From the IMG/VR virus record IMGVR_UViG_3300044846_003573: a DNA stretch of 64,000 nucleotides, one strand, 5' to 3'. The stretch's first letter is position 1; each line of letters begins with the position of its first letter. Under the pieces are notes generated by a model. That model made no database searches. It was not told the DNA's origin and worked only from the letters and a program-made list of their open reading frames with translations. The DNA comes from a virus (taxonomy: Duplodnaviria; Caudoviricetes). Shown in pieces: positions 8,737-18,127 of the stretch. The position numbers and the translations under genes are program-made.

Positions 8737-10230
8737 ATGTCAAAATTTGATGAAATAATAAAAAGTTTAGTTAATGAAAGTTTAACTGAAAGGGCTAACG
8801 AAATTACTAGTACTATTAACAAAAAAATTGAATCAAATGAAGATGTTGATAAGTATGATTTAGAGGTTGGTATTGATTATGGTTTTGACGACGATGACGA
8901 GGATTATACGTTTATGAGAAGGGGTAAAAATTCGTCACACGGACCATTTCATTTTAAAAGAAATAAAAGAGGTAGTGAAACTGCCTTTGGAGAAAAACAA
9001 ATAGCAAACATGAAAAAAAGAATTAAAGAAGACCAAGACACTGATTTAGCATTAGCGTTAGATTCTAAAGATGTAAGAAGTGAAACAACTGAAAGACTGC
9101 ATGGTGGTCAAAAAAAATTAGATGTTGCAGAACCTAAAGGTAAACTGACTAAAGCGGATTTTTTAAAATTACAAAAAATGGAAGAAGAAGTAGAAGAAGG
9201 AAACGCTTTTACTGGAGCTTTATCGAAGGCTAAAAAAGAAGGTAAAAAATCTTTTAAAGTTGATGGTAAAGAATTTGAAGTGACTGAAGATTTAGGTGGT
9301 ATGGGATTAGGTATGGGACATGATGATTTTGAAGATATAAATCTATCTGATGATGAAAATCCAAGAGTTCAATCTTTAAAGAAAAAGTATATGAGAAATT
9401 ACCCTGAAGAAATTGACCAAGAAGTTGATTTTGTTTCAGGTAATGAAGAACCGATTAATTATAGAATTAAGATGGGTGATGGTGATTTCCTTGACTTAGC
9501 AGAATCTGAATTAATTGACATGATTGAAGAATTAGTTCTTGAAGAAAAAACCAAAGACAACCTTAAGAAGACAGGTAAATCTGCAGGAATGGTTCAATAT
9601 GATAGAGTTTCTAAAAGAGAAAAAAATGAAAACTTAAGGGCTAATAAAGAGTCGTTCAAAAAAATGGCGGATTATGTTAAGGATGGTTCTAAAGGTAAGT
9701 TTGAATCTAATCCTGTAATGTTCCCAAAGGGTAACGGTGAGATTAAGAAAATGGACAAGAAAGCATATGTTCCATCAGAATATGTTGATGAATATGTTGA
9801 CGCATTTGCTTACCCTGGTCAAACAAACCTTAGATATGATGAAGTAAAACCAAATGATGAGTGGATTGAAATGAATCTTAAAGGTCATTCTAAGACTGGA
9901 AACGCTCAAGTTGATAAAGATGGTAATCCATTAGGTAATGTTGTACCGACAAAGACAGGTGAAAGAATGTACAAAAATTTTGAAGAAAATTTATATGGGG
10001 CAGAACAAGCTGAAGCGTCATATAAAAGACAATCACAACCTGTTGATATTGCTGGTGAAACAACTCAAAAAGGTGGTTTAAAGAGAAAAGGTTCAAAAAC
10101 CTCGTCAATCCAAAAGGCTGATAAAATTTTAAATAACCTTGGTGAGTCAACTGAAAATGAATCAAGTAAGTTGTTAAACGAAGAAATGGAAAGTATGAAA
10201 AAGTTAATTGGTTATCAGTATAAAAAATAA
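8737..10230 (+). CDS. acidic/charged protein, possible prohead core/scaffold-like
   Basis: 497 aa, many (L/I/V)xE motifs; TATTTAT upstream at 8716. Confidence 0.55.
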   Translation: MSKFDEIIKSLVNESLTERANEITSTINKKIESNEDVDKYDLEVGIDYGFDDDDEDYTFMRRGKNSSHGPFHFKRNKRGSETAFGEKQIANMKKRIKEDQDTDLALALDSKDVRSETTERLHGGQKKLDVAEPKGKLTKADFLKLQKMEEEVEEGNAFTGALSKAKKEGKKSFKVDGKEFEVTEDLGGMGLGMGHDDFEDINLSDDENPRVQSLKKKYMRNYPEEIDQEVDFVSGNEEPINYRIKMGDGDFLDLAESELIDMIEELVLEEKTKDNLKKTGKSAGMVQYDRVSKREKNENLRANKESFKKMADYVKDGSKGKFESNPVMFPKGNGEIKKMDKKAYVPSEYVDEYVDAFAYPGQTNLRYDEVKPNDEWIEMNLKGHSKTGNAQVDKDGNPLGNVVPTKTGERMYKNFEENLYGAEQAEASYKRQSQPVDIAGETTQKGGLKRKGSKTSSIQKADKILNNLGESTENESSKLLNEEMESMKKLIGYQYKK

Positions 10231-10274
10231 TTAGTTACTTTAAAATATTTTAATTTATAATTCTCCATATAACT

Positions 10275-10748
10275 ATGGAGAATTTTTTTTCTTATATATC
10301 TAAGCCAGTAACTGATGAAGAACTACAATTTTGGATTGATAGTAATGACATTTGTTATCAAAAATTAGAGTTGTTTGAAGACTTTGTTAAATCTTTAGTT
10401 TCCTTAGTATATAAAACTTATTTAGGTGACCCAGAAGGTCAAGAAACTAATATAAACATAACATACGATGATAATATTAAACACTTTGAATGGTGTTGGG
10501 ATAAAACAATTGAAAATTTTAACAAAGAGGGTATCTTTTTTGGTGAAAAGGGAGACCATAAAGATTTTATAAAAAGTTTTTTAGAGGAGACTTTTTATAG
10601 ACAAAAGATTAAAGAAGTTAAAATGTCTTTGAATAAGTTTTTTGATGAAGTTTTTAATCTTGATAAATTACCAACAAAATCCGATTTAGATTTATTAACA
10701 TCAATTTATAAATCATTAGATAAATCTTTGAAATTAAGTTTACAATAG
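10275..10748 (+). CDS. hypothetical protein
   Basis: ORF track. Confidence 0.7.
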   Translation: MENFFSYISKPVTDEELQFWIDSNDICYQKLELFEDFVKSLVSLVYKTYLGDPEGQETNINITYDDNIKHFEWCWDKTIENFNKEGIFFGEKGDHKDFIKSFLEETFYRQKIKEVKMSLNKFFDEVFNLDKLPTKSDLDLLTSIYKSLDKSLKLSLQ

Positions 10749-10801
10749 ATAAATAATCCTTACTCTTGATAGTGTAATAAACAAATTTTATATTTAAGAA
10801 A

Positions 10802-10978
10802 ATGGAAACAGTAGACAAAATCAAAGAATTGACTGAATCTCTTTCTGTTGATGCTGGTAAATTTTATAGCGGTAACAAGAGTGCCGGTACTAGAGCAAGA
10901 AAAACTGCTCAAGAATTGAAAGCGATACTTCAACAGTTTAGAGGTGAAATTTTACAAGGAAGAAAACAAAATGATTAA
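10802..10978 (+). CDS. histone H1-like protein (Hc1 family), 58 aa, missed by ORF track
   Basis: manual translation METVDKIKELTESLSVDAGKFYSGNKSAGTRARKTAQELKAILQQFRGE; GNKxAGTRARK is the Hc1/Bacteroidota histone-H1 motif. Confidence 0.75.
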   Translation: METVDKIKELTESLSVDAGKFYSGNKSAGTRARKTAQELKAILQQFRGEILQGRKQND

Positions 10979-11162
10979 TTTAGAAAATTTATTTTTATTT
11001 ATTTTTGTATTCAGCATTTTAAATGTTTTGAAAATTTCAACAGTATTTATAACTTCCCTATTACAAACACCACCTAAAAAGATGGTGTTAGGTAATGGGG
11101 AAGCTTTTTTACTACATTTTACATTAACTTATTTTATTACATATATAATACTTTTAGTATGA
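10971..11162 (+). CDS. small 2-TM membrane protein
   Basis: two hydrophobic segments. Confidence 0.6.
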   Translation: MINLENLFLFIFVFSILNVLKISTVFITSLLQTPPKKMVLGNGEAFLLHFTLTYFITYIILLV

Positions 11163-11596
11163 GTTTTTACAAAGAAATTAGCCCAATATTTGAGTACTTA
11201 CATCAAGTAAGGAAACTTGAAAACTATATTGTTTTTGATGTTTTATTTTCTAAAACATGGAAAATACCAAAAAAATATATAGTTGAAGATAAATTTTTAA
11301 ACAATGGAACATTAGAGGATAAATTATATTTATCATTTGTTTCTGATTTTGATGAAAATAATCTTAACTTGATTCAAAATAATATATTAGGTATTGTTAG
11401 ATACAATTTAGAAAGAGAGGCTAAAGAAAAATTATTTGAAGATAGAGTTTCTGAACTTAAAAATATCTTTGATAAAGAAAATTTAGAAAATCTTAAAAAA
11501 TTAAAATTTGAATTAACACAAAATGTTTTAGTTGACAATGGACAAAGGCAAGGAAATACAGAAACAACTGGAATCTCTCAACTCATTGAGGAATAA
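11159..11596 (+). CDS. hypothetical protein
   Basis: ORF track. Confidence 0.7.
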   Translation: MSFYKEISPIFEYLHQVRKLENYIVFDVLFSKTWKIPKKYIVEDKFLNNGTLEDKLYLSFVSDFDENNLNLIQNNILGIVRYNLEREAKEKLFEDRVSELKNIFDKENLENLKKLKFELTQNVLVDNGQRQGNTETTGISQLIEE

Positions 11597-11729
11597 ACTC
11601 AATAAGGATTTAACGATAGAAAAAGAAAAAACTGCAGATTTTTTTAGAAATTTAAAAAAAGATGATTTGTTTAAACAACCAAAAAAAATAACATTATGGC
11701 AGAGGATAAAGAAGGTACTGAACTTTTAG
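11538..11729 (+). CDS. hypothetical protein
   Basis: ORF track. Confidence 0.55.
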   Translation: MDKGKEIQKQLESLNSLRNKLNKDLTIEKEKTADFFRNLKKDDLFKQPKKITLWQRIKKVLNF

Positions 11730-11911
11730 GTAAATTAGCGATAATTGCTGACTCTTCACAAAAAATATTCACTGGTAAGGCTAGTGTTATATTTGAATTA
11801 AAAGAACAAGAATATTATCATGTTGTTGCCAATGTTGAAGGTGATTATGATAAAGAAACATTCAAAATTGACATTTCAGGAACTGATTTCATTTTTATCT
11901 TGGATAAGTAG
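11696..11911 (+). CDS. hypothetical protein
   Basis: ORF track. Confidence 0.55.
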   Translation: MAEDKEGTELLGKLAIIADSSQKIFTGKASVIFELKEQEYYHVVANVEGDYDKETFKIDISGTDFIFILDK

Positions 11912-12527
11912 TATAACTTGTATACAAAAATTTCTTATTAAATCCCCGTTCAATCAGTAAGTTATACAGATATTTTCTTTGAATAGTTGAAATGTCTTTA
12001 ACTATTATCATATTACCTTTATCTCGTAATGTTGTAAATACTTCTAATAACCTATCACAATCTTCAGAATTTTTTAAAGAAAATAATTTGTAATCATCGT
12101 CATTTTGAAGTATAAATTTATTTTTAAGTTGTGACACCATATATATTTTATCTTTTTTTACATATTGTTTAAAAAAGTCATCAATTGAAATACGGGTATC
12201 ATTTTTAACGTCATATATTGATTCCTCAACTCTATACGTTTTAATAGTTTGAATATAATTTGTGTCATCAATTTTAGGGGATATTGTAATATTCCTACCA
12301 AATTCATCTAAATAATGGATGTTACCATTAACAAACTTATTAGTTATAATTGCAATATGAAAACGACACTCTTTACCCGATTCAAATTTCTTTTCAAAAA
12401 TTATTTCATTTGATTTTTTAATTAAATTTTCGTAATAATCTTTTGTTAGTTTTTCTCTCACAAAGGATTTGAGTTTTTTCTTTTTTTTATTATTCTTAAA
12501 GATGTATATATGAAATTTATCGTTCAT
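11895..12527 (-). CDS. hypothetical protein
   Basis: ORF track, 210 aa. Confidence 0.7.
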   Translation of the reverse strand: MNDKFHIYIFKNNKKKKKLKSFVREKLTKDYYENLIKKSNEIIFEKKFESGKECRFHIAIITNKFVNGNIHYLDEFGRNITISPKIDDTNYIQTIKTYRVEESIYDVKNDTRISIDDFFKQYVKKDKIYMVSQLKNKFILQNDDDYKLFSLKNSEDCDRLLEVFTTLRDKGNMIIVKDISTIQRKYLYNLLIERGFNKKFLYTSYTTYPR

Positions 12528-12565
12528 AGAATATAAATTAATAAACTTTTCAAAAATAAAAACAG

Positions 12566-13486
12566 TTGGAAAATTTTTACGATATTTTAGGTGTTACAGA
12601 AACGGCATCACAGGATGAAATTAAAAAGGCTTATAGAAAAAAAGCCGTTGAATCACACCCCGATAAAGGTGGGGATGAAGAAATATTTAAAAAAATATCT
12701 GAAGCCTATGATACATTAGGTGATGAACAAAAAAGAAAAGATTATGATATAACAAGAAATAATCCTTTTGGTGATATGGGTGGTGACCCGTTCAGTTCAT
12801 TTGGTGATTTTTTTTCAAATATGAGTGGACAAAAAGTTAGGAGAGCTCCCGATAAGATTATTGATATACAAATAGGGACTCTTGACTCATTCTTGGGGAA
12901 GAATATTGACATAAGATTTCAACGTAAAAATATGTGTAATAGTTGTAGCGGACAAGGAGGTGAAAGAAATAGTTGTAATACTTGTAATGGTTCAGGTAGA
13001 ATAACTCAAAGACTTGGTAATTCATTCTTCTCAAACATTTTCCAAGTTACTTGTAATAGTTGTAATGGTAAGGGTTATAGTCTTAAAAATGTTTGTTATT
13101 CATGTGCTGGCGAAGGTAAAAATAGTGAAATGCAAACCATTAATTTAAATATTCCCCATGGTATAAGTGATGGCCAAATGATTAAGGCTTCAGGTTATGG
13201 TGATTGGCATGACAGTATGTTTGGAGATGCTATTCTAAAGGTTCAAGTAGTTGAACAAAATGGTTTTGAAAAACTTAACAATGATTTAGTATATAACTAT
13301 CAGATGTCTTTGGATGACTTTAATAAAAATAATTTAGATATACCACATCCATCAGGAAATTTGAATATTAAATTACCTGAGACTATAGATACACAAAAAC
13401 CCTTACGTATCAAAGGTAAGGGTTTCAGAAATGAAGGTCTTGGTGACTTTTATGTTAAGATGTTTGTTAAACACAAGAGAGGATAA
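12566..13486 (+). CDS. dnaJ: DnaJ (Hsp40) co-chaperone
   Basis: J-domain with HPD, four CxxCxGxG repeats, C-terminal substrate domain (GDFYV). Confidence 0.95.
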   Translation: MENFYDILGVTETASQDEIKKAYRKKAVESHPDKGGDEEIFKKISEAYDTLGDEQKRKDYDITRNNPFGDMGGDPFSSFGDFFSNMSGQKVRRAPDKIIDIQIGTLDSFLGKNIDIRFQRKNMCNSCSGQGGERNSCNTCNGSGRITQRLGNSFFSNIFQVTCNSCNGKGYSLKNVCYSCAGEGKNSEMQTINLNIPHGISDGQMIKASGYGDWHDSMFGDAILKVQVVEQNGFEKLNNDLVYNYQMSLDDFNKNNLDIPHPSGNLNIKLPETIDTQKPLRIKGKGFRNEGLGDFYVKMFVKHKRG

Positions 13487-13488
13487 AC

Positions 13489-13875
13489 TTATTCGTCTAT
13501 CTCTGTTAGATACATCCAAGCGTAATCGTTGTATTCAATTGCGATGAATATATATCCTTGAGTTTCTGACGGCCCCATATGGAAGTTACAGTTACCACCT
13601 TGTGAATCTAACATTCTGTAAGTGATATATGAATCTTCGTCACTTAGTTTGGTTACTACACGATATACTTGGATTTGTTGACTAAAAATGGTTACTTTGT
13701 CGTCCTCAAGTTTAATCAGGATGTCTACGGATGTTGGTGAACCGTTCCATACGATTTCGTTATTTGTGTCTCTATAACCTGTATAGAGTTCTACGGCTTT
13801 AGCAAAACCTACTTCTTGAGAGAATGATAATAGTGTTGAAAGAACTAAAAAGACTGATAAGATAAATTTTTTCAT
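13489..13875 (-). CDS. secreted hypothetical protein
   Basis: MKKFILSVFLVLSTLLSFSQ Bacteroidota-type signal peptide. Confidence 0.7.
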   Translation of the reverse strand: MKKFILSVFLVLSTLLSFSQEVGFAKAVELYTGYRDTNNEIVWNGSPTSVDILIKLEDDKVTIFSQQIQVYRVVTKLSDEDSYITYRMLDSQGGNCNFHMGPSETQGYIFIAIEYNDYAWMYLTEIDE

Positions 13876-13946
13876 TGTGTATATTTTTTTGTAAAGATAC
13901 TATATTCTATGGATTTATGAAATAAATATTGTTATTTTTTTTAGGT

Positions 13947-16553
13947 ATGAAGAAAATATTATTTATAGTCCCACACCTATCTACTGGGGGACTACCACAG
14001 GTTACTACGAATAAGATTCAACTTCTTAAAGACGATTATATTATAAAGTGTGTTGAATACGGGTGTTATTCTTGGGATTTTGTTGTTCAGAAGAACAGAA
14101 TTAAAAATATGATTGGTGAGGACAATCTTATTACTCTATGGGATGATAAGAATGTTTTAATTGATGTTATTAACGATTTCCAACCTGACATTATATCAAT
14201 GGAGGAGTTCCCTGAATTTTTCATGGACAATAACATTACAAGACAAATTTATAGACAAAATCGTCCATATAAAATATTTGAAACCACACACGATTCAAGT
14301 TTTAAACCAACATCTAAGGTTTGGTTTCCTGACAAGTTTATCTTTGTTAGTGTGTTTAATGCTATTCAGTATTCAATGTTTGACATACCTTATGAGGTAA
14401 TTGAGTATCCTATTGAAAACAGAGAAAAAAGAAAGAACATGCTCCAAGAAAAACTTGGGTTCGATAAAGGGTGGAAACATGTTGTTAATGTTGGGTTATT
14501 CACTGAAAGAAAAAATCAAAAATACATTTTTGAAATTGCTCGTAAGTTAGAAAATAGTAAAATTAAATTTCATTTCATTGGAAATCAGGCAGATAACTTT
14601 AGAAGTTATTGGGAACCACTGATGAATAACAAACCTGAAAACTGTATTATTTGGGGTGAAAAGGATAATGTAAATGAATTTTTGGAAGCGTCCGATTTGT
14701 TTATGTTCCCATCAAAAGGGGATAGAAATAATAAAGAATTAAATCCAATTGCCATTAAGGAGGCTATTGAATATGGTATTCCTATGATGATGTATAATTT
14801 GGATGTGTATTGTGGAAAATATGATAAACTACCTCAAGTTACATTTTTAACTGGAGATATAGATAAAGATGTAAATAATATGATGGATGTATTAAATGTT
14901 GGGGGTATTGACTCTCTTTTCAGTTTTGATTTTAATGGTGATAATAATCAGATTACCATTAACTATACCGGCAATAAAAAGTTTGATTTTAATGTTAGTA
15001 TTAGAGACATAACTTCAAAGGCTCCGATGTATTGGTTTAATTTACCTTTGGAATACCCAATATTTTATTGGACAATGCCTATCCCAATTCATATTAAAAA
15101 ATTCAAAGACAATCCTAACTTTAGAGGATTTTTAGTTGAGTTCTATGATGTGGAAACAAACGAATTAGTTTTTGGTCAAGAGTTAATTGTTAATCCTAAT
15201 TTCTACCCAAGAATACCTGAATTTAAATTTAAACCTTTGGATTGTAATTACATTAACTATTATGAGTTTTTTGTTGATAGATGTTTTGATGATTTAAAGT
15301 TAGAAAATCTTGATACTGTAATTGATATTGGTGCTAATGTTGGGTTATTCGCTAAGTACATGTATACCATAAATGCTAAAAAAGTTATTTTAGTTGAGGC
15401 AAATCCATACCTAAGGGAAAGTATTGAATATCATTTAGATGGTGATTTATCTAAATCAACCATTTATATGAACCCTGTTTACAAGGAACATACCAAGATT
15501 GATTTCAGATTTTCAAAAGAAAATTCAACTATTGGGTCAAATGTTTTTGACGGTAATGTGGGAGAATATGGTCAACTTAACAATTTAATTAGTTGTGACA
15601 CTATTACTATTGATGATATCTACAAAGATAATGACTATGGTAGAATATCATTATTTAAATGTGATATTGAGGGTGGTGAATACCCAATTTTTGAATCAAT
15701 TACTGATGAACAGATTGGATTGGTGGATAGATTTATGATTGAGTTTCATGAAAATACCAATGGACAAATTAATATCATACTTGAAAAACTTGAAAAAAAT
15801 GATTTTGAATATGATATTATCATTTATGAAATGGGACGTAAAACTAAAGCGGATAAAAACGCTAAACATGGAGTAATCTTTGCTAAACCTAAAAATAAAG
15901 TTAACAATGACATTTTAGATTTTTCACAAAACAATGAACAGGAAATAATTCTATCATTTTTTGATGGGGAAGACCCAAAAACAAATAAATTTTTAGATAT
16001 TGGTGCGAATGACGGTAAAACATTTTCAAATACACACGCGCTTGCATTATTAGGATGGGATGGAGTTTGTGTTGAACCTACCCAAACTGCTTTTTTAAAA
16101 TTACAGAATTTATATAAAAAAAATAAAAATATTAAATGTATTAATGCGGGTGTTTCAAATAAAACAGATGTGATAAATATACATGAAAGTTTGAACTGGG
16201 ATGTGAGCGATGCTCCGCAGGGAATATTATCTACTATACATCCTGAAAATAAAGAAAGATTTATTGGAATGAGTTGGAAAGAAAATCAAATAATAGTATA
16301 CAATTTTAATGATATTGTTGAATATTATGATTTAGAAAAAGATACCTATGATTTCATTAATATTGACGTTGAAGGGCATGAATTAATTGTAATAGATGAA
16401 ATACAAAATAAATTAAAAAAATGTAGATTATTGTGTGTTGAAAAAACTAATGATGAAAATAGTAATCAAAAAATAATACAAAAACTACATGAATTTGGAT
16501 TTACAATTACGCATACAACAACTGATAATTATATTGCTAAAAAAATAAAATAA
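13947..16553 (+). CDS. GT4 glycosyltransferase fused to two FkbM-family methyltransferase domains
   Basis: HLSTGG, VGLFTERKNQ, PSKG..ELNPIAIKEA (GT-B); IDIGANVG...KCDIEGGE and LDIGANDG...NIDVEGHE (FkbM x2). Confidence 0.85.
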   Translation: MKKILFIVPHLSTGGLPQVTTNKIQLLKDDYIIKCVEYGCYSWDFVVQKNRIKNMIGEDNLITLWDDKNVLIDVINDFQPDIISMEEFPEFFMDNNITRQIYRQNRPYKIFETTHDSSFKPTSKVWFPDKFIFVSVFNAIQYSMFDIPYEVIEYPIENREKRKNMLQEKLGFDKGWKHVVNVGLFTERKNQKYIFEIARKLENSKIKFHFIGNQADNFRSYWEPLMNNKPENCIIWGEKDNVNEFLEASDLFMFPSKGDRNNKELNPIAIKEAIEYGIPMMMYNLDVYCGKYDKLPQVTFLTGDIDKDVNNMMDVLNVGGIDSLFSFDFNGDNNQITINYTGNKKFDFNVSIRDITSKAPMYWFNLPLEYPIFYWTMPIPIHIKKFKDNPNFRGFLVEFYDVETNELVFGQELIVNPNFYPRIPEFKFKPLDCNYINYYEFFVDRCFDDLKLENLDTVIDIGANVGLFAKYMYTINAKKVILVEANPYLRESIEYHLDGDLSKSTIYMNPVYKEHTKIDFRFSKENSTIGSNVFDGNVGEYGQLNNLISCDTITIDDIYKDNDYGRISLFKCDIEGGEYPIFESITDEQIGLVDRFMIEFHENTNGQINIILEKLEKNDFEYDIIIYEMGRKTKADKNAKHGVIFAKPKNKVNNDILDFSQNNEQEIILSFFDGEDPKTNKFLDIGANDGKTFSNTHALALLGWDGVCVEPTQTAFLKLQNLYKKNKNIKCINAGVSNKTDVINIHESLNWDVSDAPQGILSTIHPENKERFIGMSWKENQIIVYNFNDIVEYYDLEKDTYDFINIDVEGHELIVIDEIQNKLKKCRLLCVEKTNDENSNQKIIQKLHEFGFTITHTTTDNYIAKKIK

Positions 16554-16554
16554 T

Positions 16555-17208
16555 ATGAAATTAAGAACACCTGGTACATTGTCATCATCGGTTTACGATG
16601 TCACAAAAAAATTTGAAGAACAATTAGCTGAATATGCTGGTGCACCATATGCTGTTACAGTTGATAATCAAAGTAACGCTTTATTTTTAGCGTTGTATTA
16701 TGAGAAAATTAATGGTAAAACAATTAAAATACCAAGTAGAACATACCCGTCAGTACCTTGCGAGATTATCCACGCTGGAGGTAAAGTCGAGTTTGAACCT
16801 GTTTATGGGTCAACATTAAAAGGAGCGTATCAACTATCACCAACAAATGTTTGGGATTCGGCATTAAGATTTACAAGTGATATGTATATACCAGGAACAC
16901 ATATGTGTTTATCATTTACAGGCCCATATAAACACTTAAAACTTGGTAAAGGTGGTGCAATCTTAACTGACGATTTTGAGGCTTACAAGTGGTTTAAACG
17001 AGCGAGATATTCAGGTAGGAATGAAGTATCGTATCATGATGATAATTTTGATATGTTAGGATGGAATTTTTACATGATGCCTGAAATTGCTTCAAGAGGT
17101 TTATTACTTATGAATCAATTTTATAACATGGATGGTACACCTAAACATAATGAAGATTTGGAACTACCATATCCTGACTTATCAAAATTTGAAATATATA
17201 AAAAATAA
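16555..17208 (+). CDS. DegT/DnrJ/EryC1/StrS-family PLP sugar aminotransferase (short)
   Basis: FEEQLAEYAG..AVTV...ALFLAL, LSF..YKHL.LGKGGAI. Confidence 0.8.
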   Translation: MKLRTPGTLSSSVYDVTKKFEEQLAEYAGAPYAVTVDNQSNALFLALYYEKINGKTIKIPSRTYPSVPCEIIHAGGKVEFEPVYGSTLKGAYQLSPTNVWDSALRFTSDMYIPGTHMCLSFTGPYKHLKLGKGGAILTDDFEAYKWFKRARYSGRNEVSYHDDNFDMLGWNFYMMPEIASRGLLLMNQFYNMDGTPKHNEDLELPYPDLSKFEIYKK

Positions 17209-17771
17209 TGGGATTTTATAGTAAAAATGAGTTGGTCGAAATAGGTTTCAAATCTATTGGGGATAATGTTTTAATTTCTAATAGATGTTCAATTTATAAT
17301 CCTAAAAATATTGAATTGGGTAATAATGTTAGAATTGATGATTTTTGTGTGATAAGTGCTGGTAATGGAGGAATTAAGTTAGGTAATAATGTCCATATTG
17401 CAATTTTCTGTAGTTTAATGGGTAATGAAGAAATTGTAATGAAAGATTTTTCAGGACTATCTTCTAGAGTATCCATATATACATCAACAGATGATTATAG
17501 TGGGGAATTCATGACAAATCCCACAGTTAATAAAGAATTTACAAATGTGATTTCAGGTAAAGTCATATTAGGTAAACATGTTATTATTGGTGCGGGTACT
17601 ATAATATTACCAAATGTTGAGATTGAAGATTATAGTGCTATAGGTAGTTTATCATTAGTAAATAAAAACATATCTGAGTCTAAAATTGCGGTTGGAATAC
17701 CGGCTAAAGAAATAAAGGATAGAAAAAAAAATATAATAAATTTAGAATGCGAGTATCTGAAAAAATTTTAA
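17208..17771 (+). CDS. hexapeptide-repeat (LbH) O-acyltransferase
   Basis: IGDNVLIS/LGNNVRID/LGNNVHIA repeats, VGIPAKEIK. Confidence 0.85.
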   Translation: MGFYSKNELVEIGFKSIGDNVLISNRCSIYNPKNIELGNNVRIDDFCVISAGNGGIKLGNNVHIAIFCSLMGNEEIVMKDFSGLSSRVSIYTSTDDYSGEFMTNPTVNKEFTNVISGKVILGKHVIIGAGTIILPNVEIEDYSAIGSLSLVNKNISESKIAVGIPAKEIKDRKKNIINLECEYLKKF

Positions 17772-18115
17772 TTTCTGAAGATATGGTTAAAGATTTCTCT
17801 GAGTTATCAGGAGATAAAAACCCAATACACTTAGATGAGGAATACGCTAAATCAACTATTTTTGGTAAAAGAGTTGCTCACGGGATGTTATTAAGTTCCT
17901 TTTTTTCAAGATTGATATCTGAAGTATATCCTGGTAAGGGTTCAATATATCTACAACAAAATTTGATTTTTAAAAACCCTTGTTTTATTAATGATGAAAT
18001 TGAGGTGATTGTAGAACTTGATAAAAAAGACGGAAATAAGTTTTTTTTAAAAACAATAATTTTTAAAGATGATGAAATTTTAATTGAGGGGAATGCAATA
18101 ATTCTAAAAAAATAA
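17747..18115 (+). CDS. MaoC-family hotdog dehydratase
   Basis: FSELSGDKNPIHLD...AHGML...YPGKG. Confidence 0.9.
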   Translation: MRVSEKILISEDMVKDFSELSGDKNPIHLDEEYAKSTIFGKRVAHGMLLSSFFSRLISEVYPGKGSIYLQQNLIFKNPCFINDEIEVIVELDKKDGNKFFLKTIIFKDDEILIEGNAIILKK

Positions 18116-18127
18116 TAGGGATAAATA

